In this document: in pieces, positions 57,109-64,000 of the stretch
Layout: every line of letters starts with the position of its first letter
Numbering within the stretch: the first letter of the stretch is position 1
NCBI GenBank assembly: GCA_043778225.1
Contig: JAYWGM010000056.1
Span: 1 to 64,000, forward strand
Reading direction: 5' to 3'
Source of the DNA: Deinococcales bacterium
GTDB taxonomy: Bacteria; Deinococcota; Deinococci; Deinococcales; JAAFIG01
Length of the DNA stretch: 64,000 nucleotides
Made by a program: the position numbers and the translations under genes
Notes under the pieces: generated by a model
Seen by the model: the letters and a program-made list of their open reading frames with translations, nothing else
The model's database searches: none
What the model was told of the DNA's origin: nothing

Positions 57109-58269
57109 ATGAAAAAGACTGTTTTATTCGCCCTGCTGTGTGCAGGCATTTCCGTAACTGTGGCACAAGAAGCCGAAACCATCAGCGCCCGCTTGGTCTA
57201 CAGCGACGCAAAAACCAATACCTTGAATGTCATGAACGTTGCTGACCGCAAGAAAATTGCTTCGTTCAGCACCCCAGGGAAAATTACTTATGTCCAAGCC
57301 AGTGGCAGCAAGCAACACTTAATCGCGGCGCACCGTGCCGATAACCGCATCACGGTACTGAATTCTGGTCTAAGCACCGAAGACCATGGCGACCATAAAG
57401 ACCTCAAAGAAGCCGCACCGTATATCACTGCGACCATGAACGTTGGTAAACAACCAACCCATTATTTTGTTCACGATAAAACAATCGCCTTTTTTAACGA
57501 TGGCGACGGCACAGTCTCTATTCTCGATGAGGATAAACTGGGTTTAAGCATGGATTTTGAACAAATCAAAACGGCTCAACCCGACCACGGCGCTCTGGTT
57601 GTTCTCGAGAATCAGGTGCTGGTTGGCTACTTGCGCCTCGGGCGGATAGATGTCTTCGAGCGCAAAACAGGTAAGCTCCAACAGACCCTCGAGGGATGCC
57701 CAGCCTTGCACGGCGAAGCCATGCACTCGAGCGGAATGTACTGGGGTTGCGGCGATGGTGTGATGCTGGTCAAAAGAGACGGTGAAAAATTTAGCGCCAC
57801 CAAAATTGCTAATCCTGCTGGCACACCCGCCAATACCCGAGTTGGCACACTGGCAGAATCGAGCAAGCACAATTTTGTGATTGGTAACTTTGGTAAAGGT
57901 ATTGCTTTTGTAGACCCAACCAAAGCTGTTCTCGAGATCATGGCATTACCGGCTAACCCAGTCAAAATGGAATTCCTCGAGAATGGTGTCCTGATTGTGC
58001 TGACCGTCGATGGGAATTTACACAGTCTTGATGTAACTAAACGCAGCGTGATTGCCAGTGTCAATGTCACCCCAGCCGTGCGAACCACAGGCGAGGGCAT
58101 TGTCCGACCATCGTTTGCGATCATGCAAGACCGTGTTTTTGTGACCAACCCAGAACAAGGCATTATTGTTGAAGTCAACACCAGCAAAATGTCGGTGGCA
58201 CGACGCATCGCCGTTGGTGGCACACCAGCCAGCATTGCAATCAGCATGGCACAGGGCGTGAAGCACTAA
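57109..58269 (+). CDS. AztD-like periplasmic beta-propeller zinc-binding protein
   Basis: Signal peptide, EDHGDH, PTHY..H, FFNDGDG, DHG, CPALHGEA. Confidence 0.78.
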   Translation: MKKTVLFALLCAGISVTVAQEAETISARLVYSDAKTNTLNVMNVADRKKIASFSTPGKITYVQASGSKQHLIAAHRADNRITVLNSGLSTEDHGDHKDLKEAAPYITATMNVGKQPTHYFVHDKTIAFFNDGDGTVSILDEDKLGLSMDFEQIKTAQPDHGALVVLENQVLVGYLRLGRIDVFERKTGKLQQTLEGCPALHGEAMHSSGMYWGCGDGVMLVKRDGEKFSATKIANPAGTPANTRVGTLAESSKHNFVIGNFGKGIAFVDPTKAVLEIMALPANPVKMEFLENGVLIVLTVDGNLHSLDVTKRSVIASVNVTPAVRTTGEGIVRPSFAIMQDRVFVTNPEQGIIVEVNTSKMSVARRIAVGGTPASIAISMAQGVKH

Positions 58270-58282
58270 GAATTATTTGGTG

Positions 58283-58310
58283 AAAACCCTGCTTTTGGCA
58301 GGGTTTTTTC
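58283..58310 (+). terminator. Intrinsic terminator
   Basis: AAAACCCTGC-TTTTG-GCAGGGTTTTTT. Confidence 0.82.
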
Positions 58311-58327
58311 ACGTCTCGAGGTTCACC

Positions 58328-58828
58328 ATGAATGCAACTCAAAATCCAATGACGGTACAAATGTGGCTCTGGGGTTTAGATGCCATGCGCGGTGATTTGG
58401 TGGCTCGAGGATTTATCAAAACCACTCGCCCGAGCAATTCGGAATCAAGTATTTATGTGCAAGAAAACTTGTCGCTGCACGGACATGGTATTTGGCTCGA
58501 GACCGAAACCGAAATTCTGGTGTACCGTCGCCCAAGTAAAAACTGGTATGCCTTACCCAAAACTGCCAAGGTTTGTATTGAACACTTTACCCAAAATAGT
58601 CTAGCTTGGTGCGATTTTGCCCGACCCAGACAACTGAGCCATCGTCTGGCTTTAGCCATTGTTAAACCTATTATTCTCGAGTACGAAGACTGGTTATTTG
58701 CGCGGCATGGCGATATTCGTCTTTCACAACTCAAATCCATTCCCAATCAGAAGGTTCGTCGGGCAGTTGCTGCATGGCGCGACTTTACTGGCGTACAATC
58801 AAAGCAGAGGAATCATGCAAATAACTAA
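58328..58828 (+). CDS. Hypothetical protein
   Basis: GAGG RBS; QMWLWGLD and LHGHG motifs; overlaps the slyD start. Confidence 0.6.
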   Translation: MNATQNPMTVQMWLWGLDAMRGDLVARGFIKTTRPSNSESSIYVQENLSLHGHGIWLETETEILVYRRPSKNWYALPKTAKVCIEHFTQNSLAWCDFARPRQLSHRLALAIVKPIILEYEDWLFARHGDIRLSQLKSIPNQKVRRAVAAWRDFTGVQSKQRNHANN

Positions 58829-59285
58829 AAATACCGTTGTGCAACTTGAATACGAAGCTAAACTCGAGGGTGTAGTCGTGGCGCACACCCATAAACCTAA
58901 ATTGCTTTTAATTGGTCATGAACGCGACCTTCCGCCCGGACTCGAGGAAGCGCTGCTTGGAAAAACCGCCCCGCTCGAGTTTAGCGCCAGTTTTGCTTAT
59001 CCACCTATGGACGAAAGCAAAGTTACCAAAGTTACTGCCTCGCAACTGCCGATAGAAAATCCTGTGGTTGGTTCAAAGTTCAGTGCCTCAGATGCCAACG
59101 GGCAAGCGCTTGAGGCTCGAGTGACCGCCCTTGATGGCGACAGCCTTACCGTGGACATGAACCACCCTCGGGCTGGAAAAACCCTCGAGTACAGCATTCA
59201 AATTTTAGCTACTCGAGTTGCAGAGGCTGGAGAACTCGAGCATGGACACGCCCATGGGGCTGGTGGGGTCGAACACAATCATTAA
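58815..59285 (+). CDS. slyD: FKBP-type peptidyl-prolyl isomerase SlyD
   Basis: MQITKNTVVQLEY, GLEEALLG, VDMNHPRAGKTL, His-rich tail ELEHGHAHG. Confidence 0.88.
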   Translation: MQITKNTVVQLEYEAKLEGVVVAHTHKPKLLLIGHERDLPPGLEEALLGKTAPLEFSASFAYPPMDESKVTKVTASQLPIENPVVGSKFSASDANGQALEARVTALDGDSLTVDMNHPRAGKTLEYSIQILATRVAEAGELEHGHAHGAGGVEHNH

Positions 59286-59326
59286 GATGAGTGAGGCTTC
59301 ATCTCTAAACTGTTATGCTCCTCAGC

Positions 59327-60163
59327 GTGGATTTTTTCTTACAAGCTGTGATTCTTGGACTGGTCGAGGGCATCACCGAGTTTTTGCCTATCTCGAGTAC
59401 CGGACATTTAATTGTTGCCGAGAGCTTACTTGGTTTTTCAGACCCCAATAAAACTTTTACTGTGGTGATTCAAATCGGTGCGATTCTGGCGGTGGTGCTG
59501 TATTATTTTAAGGATTTATTGGCTCGAGTCAGCGGTTTATTTGGCGGGCAAGCCACTGCCCAAAAATTCTGGCTAAATTTAATTATTGCCACCATTCCAG
59601 CCGCCGTGATTGGTTTGTTGCTCGAGGAGGCGCTGGGATTTCTTGATACGCCTTTGACAGTTGCCTTAGCGCTCATTATTGGTGGAATTATTTTGTATCT
59701 TCTCGAGACTGTTCGAGGTCAACAAAACACCGAGCCAGAATCACTTGAACCGATGATTGACAGCATCACCCCGCGTCAAGCCCTTTTGATTGGCGCATTT
59801 CAAGTGCTGGCGGTAGTTTTTCCGGGGACTTCAAGAAGTGGCGCAAGCATTGTTGGCGGTTGGCTGGTTGGCTTAAATCGTGTCACCGCCACCGCTTTTT
59901 CGTTTTATATGGGCATTCCAACCCTAGGTGCAGCCGGGCTTTACAAGCTCTATAAAGCCCGAGACGAACTTGGCAGTTTACCGGGCGGGTCAACTGCCTT
60001 AATTGTCGGTAGCGTGGTCAGCTTGGTGACAGCATTTTTAGCCGTCACTTGGCTTCTAAAATTTGTCTCGAGAAATAACTTTAAGGGCTTTGCAATTTAC
60101 CGCATTGTGGCTGGCGTGGTGATTTTAATTTTACTCGCCACCAATGTCATCCCCAACGGCTAA
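59327..60163 (+). CDS. uppP: Undecaprenyl-diphosphate phosphatase
   Basis: [27 protein letters not shown] start inferred from TATGCT-N7. Confidence 0.95.
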   Translation: MDFFLQAVILGLVEGITEFLPISSTGHLIVAESLLGFSDPNKTFTVVIQIGAILAVVLYYFKDLLARVSGLFGGQATAQKFWLNLIIATIPAAVIGLLLEEALGFLDTPLTVALALIIGGIILYLLETVRGQQNTEPESLEPMIDSITPRQALLIGAFQVLAVVFPGTSRSGASIVGGWLVGLNRVTATAFSFYMGIPTLGAAGLYKLYKARDELGSLPGGSTALIVGSVVSLVTAFLAVTWLLKFVSRNNFKGFAIYRIVAGVVILILLATNVIPNG

Positions 60164-60714
60164 CCACCGAGAATATCGGCTTGTTTTTGCTCAAAGGTTT
60201 TTTCGGCTTTAGCAATAAATTCGTCGGTTATTTTTTGCACTTCGGCTTCGCCGCGTTTGACATCATCTTGGCTGGCGAGTTTATCTTTCTCGAGTTGCTT
60301 AACAGCTTTATTGGCATCCTGCCGAACGTTGCGAATCGCCACTTTGGCTTCTTCGGCGTATTTCTGGGCGGTTTTCACCAAGTCTTTACGGCGTTCTTCG
60401 GTCAAAGTCGGAATGGTAATATAGAGTGCATCGCCTTTGTTGGCTGGGTTTAAGCCGAGGTCGGAATCTCGAATGGCTTTTTCGATTCCATTTAAGCTGC
60501 TGCGGTCAAATGGCGTGACCACCAAGGTTCTCGAGTCTGGCACAGTAATATTTGCCATTTGGTTAATTGGCATTTCTGAGCCGTAATAATCCATCGTGAC
60601 TTTGACCAACATTCCGGGGTTGGCTCGACCTGTTCGTAGCACACTCAAGTGATGATCGAGCGATTCGATGGCTTTGCTCATGCGGTTGCGGGCATCGGAT
60701 AAAATTTCTTTCAT
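60160..60714 (-). CDS. frr: Ribosome recycling factor
   Basis: [31 protein letters not shown]. Confidence 0.97.
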   Translation of the reverse strand: MKEILSDARNRMSKAIESLDHHLSVLRTGRANPGMLVKVTMDYYGSEMPINQMANITVPDSRTLVVTPFDRSSLNGIEKAIRDSDLGLNPANKGDALYITIPTLTEERRKDLVKTAQKYAEEAKVAIRNVRQDANKAVKQLEKDKLASQDDVKRGEAEVQKITDEFIAKAEKTFEQKQADILGG

Positions 60715-60837
60715 AATCGCGCTATTCTACCCCGAGAAGGCATGAAACTCTAGCTGCTTGGACTTATCAAAAAACTCGAGGCTCGTACCATTGCCAAGCT
60801 GCAAGTTTTATTGCTGATTTGCTCGAGCAGGATGAGT

Positions 60838-62403
60838 TCAGCGCACCTCGAGCAGCACAAAACCGTAGGGTGAAAGTTTGACCTGATAATTATTTTTCAT
60901 GGCGGCAAGATTTTTACCGTGGGTCAACTCGCGCACTGTTCCACCAAGCTCGAGTAAGGTTTTTTTGGTGCTTAGGGTTGCCACTTGTGGGTCTGAATCC
61001 AGATTGATGACGACCGCGATTTTTTGGTCTTTGTAGGCTCGAGTAAAGGCAAACACGCGGTCATTGCCAGTGTTGATTGGTTCATAGCCACCAACCCGCA
61101 GGGCTGGGTTGGCTTGTCGAATCCGAATTAAATTTTTATAAAGTGTCCATAGGCTGCCCGCCTTTTGTTGGGCTGCGACATTGATATTTTCTTCGCTGCT
61201 GCTAAAAAGTTGCCAAGGCTGGACGCTCGAGAAACCAGCAAATGCTCCATTACTCCAACGCATCGGGGTGCGCTTGGCTTCGTCTCGAGAACTGGCGGCG
61301 TTGGGCATTCCGATTTCTTCGCCATAATAAATAAATGGCGTTCCGGGCAACGTTAAGAGCATTGCAGCAGCACTGCGGTAGCGTCCAGCATTAAAAAACT
61401 TCATTCGCTCGAGGTCGTGGTTGCTGGTAAAAATGGCATCCACGGCTTCTTTGGGGTAACTGCTTGCGACTCGAGCTAAGACTTGCTGCACTGCGCCGGG
61501 GTTAGCGCGGTTGGCGGTTTCGCGCACGGCTCTACCGAGGTCAAAATTAAAGCCCATTTTCTGACCTGTGCCATTTTGGAAATACTTGGCGACGGTTTCG
61601 GTGTTGGTCCAGATTTCTGAAACCACGGTTGCATCGGCTTTAATACCTTTGACAAACTGCGTAAAGTCGGTTTGCCAATCCATATCAGCTTGGGTGTCTG
61701 GTGTGTTGCCGTCGGTTTCCTCAAATAAATAGCGCGGTGCATCCACCCGAAAACCGTCCACCCCAAGCTCGAGCCAGTATTTGGCAGCCGCAAACATCGC
61801 CTCGCGCACATTGGCATTGCGCCAATTGAGGTCGGGCATTCCCTCCCAAAAAACGCCATAGTAATACTCGGTTTTGCTTGAGCTAACGGGATGCCATGCT
61901 GGGTTGCCGCCTACCCACGGTTGTTTCCAGCCTGGATTTTGGTCGCGCCAGTTGTACCAACTTTTTTTGTCGCCACCCGCTAAGGCATTTAAAAACCACG
62001 GATGAGACCGAGCCGTATGATTTGGCACATAATCTAAAATCACCCGAATGCCACGGGCTTTGGCGGCGGCTAAAAAGACCTTAAAATCCTCGAGTGTGCC
62101 AAAATCGGGGTTGATGCCTTGGTAATCGGTGATGTCATAACCATGATAACTTGGGCTTGGATGAATTGGATTGAGCCAAAGGGCGTTAATTCCCAAATCT
62201 TTGAGGTAATCGAGTCTCGAGGTTAAACCCGCCAAGTCGCCTTTTCCGTCGCCGTTGGAATCTTGGAATGAGCGTACAAAAACCTGATAAAAAACACTGT
62301 TGGCGTACCACGTCTCCGCCCGCGAACTCGGCGCTCGAGAACCAAGCAACTGAGCCGAGGCGATGCCAAAAAGCAACAAGGCGATCAAAGTTTTTTTGAA
62401 CAT
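60838..62403 (-). CDS. Secreted GH13 alpha-amylase family protein
   Basis: FQDSNGDGKGDL, DYVPNHT, DGFRVDA, SNHD, YYGEEIGM. Confidence 0.92.
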   Translation of the reverse strand: MFKKTLIALLLFGIASAQLLGSRAPSSRAETWYANSVFYQVFVRSFQDSNGDGKGDLAGLTSRLDYLKDLGINALWLNPIHPSPSYHGYDITDYQGINPDFGTLEDFKVFLAAAKARGIRVILDYVPNHTARSHPWFLNALAGGDKKSWYNWRDQNPGWKQPWVGGNPAWHPVSSSKTEYYYGVFWEGMPDLNWRNANVREAMFAAAKYWLELGVDGFRVDAPRYLFEETDGNTPDTQADMDWQTDFTQFVKGIKADATVVSEIWTNTETVAKYFQNGTGQKMGFNFDLGRAVRETANRANPGAVQQVLARVASSYPKEAVDAIFTSNHDLERMKFFNAGRYRSAAAMLLTLPGTPFIYYGEEIGMPNAASSRDEAKRTPMRWSNGAFAGFSSVQPWQLFSSSEENINVAAQQKAGSLWTLYKNLIRIRQANPALRVGGYEPINTGNDRVFAFTRAYKDQKIAVVINLDSDPQVATLSTKKTLLELGGTVRELTHGKNLAAMKNNYQVKLSPYGFVLLEVR

Positions 62404-62412
62404 AGAGCTAGT

Positions 62413-63162
62413 TTAACTCAAGTTCTCGACCAAATCACGTTTTTTAAGGGCGATATAGGCTTCCCAAACCTGTTCTCGAGCCAAACCTAAATTGAGATGC
62501 ACTTCCCAAAGGCTGACTGCCCCATTGAGAACATCGTAAACCTGAAACTCGAGGTCGGTGAGTTCAACATTTTTCTTGGCAAAAAGTCCAAGCAAACCTT
62601 TGGTTTTGGGCTCTTTCTTGCGTAATCGTAAGGCTTTTAAGCGCTCCGGGGTGCATGGAGATTTTTCTGAAGACAACAGCCGTTTTTGCATCAATTGCTT
62701 GATGATGCTGTTGAGCGTAGCTGTATTGAGTTCTGTATTGATCAATAAATCTTCAAAAGTAGTCCCGTTGGCATGGTTCAAGACTCGAGCCTCAAATTCG
62801 TTCAAATCAAGGCTGGTGTGTTTTTCGGCATAAAAATAGCCATCGAGTTTGGTTGGGACTTCAAACTTTTTTTCCTCGATTGTGCTGCCGCTTTGCAGTT
62901 TATTGCGGTCAGCTTCGGTAATGCTTTTCAGTGGGGCTGGAATCCCCTCGACAAAATCAAGGCTGTAATTGTGCCAAGTCAGGGCTTCTTGCACAGCTGG
63001 AAAACCAAATGTCCAGCCATGTTGGGCATGAACCAGTGTTCCGTACTCGAGGAATAAATTGATTTCTGTGCCATCGCGTTTTTGTAAACGCAAACGACCA
63101 GTTCGACGTTTGGCTTGCTCCTGTGCTAACTCGGTCATCAGGCTAGAATTTTGATTGTTCAT
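62413..63162 (-). CDS. DUF4388-like domain protein
   Basis: RRTGRLRL...LFLEYGTLVHAQ..G..A. Confidence 0.7.
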   Translation of the reverse strand: MNNQNSSLMTELAQEQAKRRTGRLRLQKRDGTEINLFLEYGTLVHAQHGWTFGFPAVQEALTWHNYSLDFVEGIPAPLKSITEADRNKLQSGSTIEEKKFEVPTKLDGYFYAEKHTSLDLNEFEARVLNHANGTTFEDLLINTELNTATLNSIIKQLMQKRLLSSEKSPCTPERLKALRLRKKEPKTKGLLGLFAKKNVELTDLEFQVYDVLNGAVSLWEVHLNLGLAREQVWEAYIALKKRDLVENLS

Positions 63163-63302
63163 GATTACTTAGGATTATAGCCTAAAGGTTGCGGTATTAA
63201 CGACTGGGGATTTGTCACTCGAGACCAAGCCAACGTTAAAATGATAAGCCATGGCAGTATTACTTTAGGAATGGTTTTCTGGACATATTTTTTATAGCTG
63301 CG

Positions 63303-63362
63303 GATTTGTACTGCAATACCGAACTGAAAGATTTGTACTGCAATACCGAACCGATTTTGTAC
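63303..63362. repeat. Direct repeat GATTTGTACTGCAATACCGAAC x2 plus a partial third copy
   Basis: Copies at 63303 and 63330 (27-bp period). Confidence 0.85.
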
Positions 63363-63475
63363 CTCGAGACACAAGTTTTAGGGCAAATTTTAAGCTAAAC
63401 TAGACAAGTCCCAAAATTAACTCGAGTGACCGCCGTATGCCGGAGGCTCGAAAATTTATTCTAGGAGCGTGGCAG

Positions 63476-64000
63476 ATGTTTCCAGCAAACTTCGAGTACA
63501 TTCGTTCTCACTCAACCGACGAGGCTTTTACCGCCCTGCAAGAACATGGCAGTGAGGCTCGAGTTCTGGCGGGTGGGCAGAGTTTAATTCCAGCCATGCG
63601 CTACCGATTGGCGCGTCCAGCCGTTTTGGTGGACATTAACCCGATTAAAGAATTGTCGTATTTGCACGAAAAAGATGGTTTTTTGCTGATTGGCGCAACC
63701 ACCCGAGATGCGGCGCTCGAGTTCAATCAAAATATCTTGGCACGCTACAGCCTGATAACGGCAGTCTCGAGGGTGGTTGCCGACCCGATTGTGCGCCAAA
63801 TGGGAACAGTCGTGGGCAGCATTTGCCACAACGACCCCTCGGGCGATTGGACTGCTACCGCGCTGGCATCTCGAGCCACGATGATTGTGCGTGGCGCAAA
63901 TGGTACTCGAGAAATATCCATAGATGATTTTTTGCTCGATTCATTCACCACCGCCATTGAAGAAGGTGAAATGGCAATCGAAGTGCGAATTCCAATTCCC
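63476..64000 (+). CDS. Xanthine/CO dehydrogenase family FAD-binding subunit (CoxM-like), truncated by window end
   Basis: MFPANFEY, VLAGGQSLIPAMRYRLARP..LVDIN, VRQMGTVVGSICHNDPSGD; AGGAG RBS. Confidence 0.9.
   Translation, partial: MFPANFEYIRSHSTDEAFTALQEHGSEARVLAGGQSLIPAMRYRLARPAVLVDINPIKELSYLHEKDGFLLIGATTRDAALEFNQNILARYSLITAVSRVVADPIVRQMGTVVGSICHNDPSGDWTATALASRATMIVRGANGTREISIDDFLLDSFTTAIEEGEMAIEVRIPIP

Noticed and set aside
57627..58247. 206-aa minus-strand ORF and similar long antisense ORFs (e.g. 2627-3148, 45309-45827)
   Set aside because: Shadow frames of well-supported genes on the opposite strand
63165..63374. 69-aa ORF with repeated FGIAVQI
   Set aside because: Product of the 27-bp DNA direct repeat in an intergenic region; no RBS or leaderless -10 support

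Overview
64-kb bacterial chromosomal window, most likely from a moderately low-GC member of the Deinococcota. This is an inference from pervasive leaderless TAnnnT-N6/7-ATG starts, the PlsY fusion, DUF4388 and the S8/GGDEF-TPR gene types. Housekeeping genes (rqcH, fabH, ftsEX-envC, folE2, ccdA, M3 peptidase, ispH, metX/metY with a SAM-I riboswitch, intein-containing dnaB, trhO, slyD, uppP, frr, coxM-like) are interspersed with many toxin-antitoxin-type modules. There is also a copper operon (RAPP leader-DsbA-VKOR-MbnP-MbnH-CopC), a zinc-uptake cluster with two matching operator palindromes, and two accessory islands built from TPR/HTH regulators, small ORFs and large secreted Ig-repeat proteins. 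The dominant unexplained signal is the palindrome CTCGAG. Counted by eye, it occurs about once per 110 bp in core genes (roughly 35-fold above chance), in all three reading frames and in intergenic DNA. It is sparser in island genes and behaves like a HIP1-type highly iterated palindrome. No rRNA, tRNA, CRISPR array or transposase was recognised.
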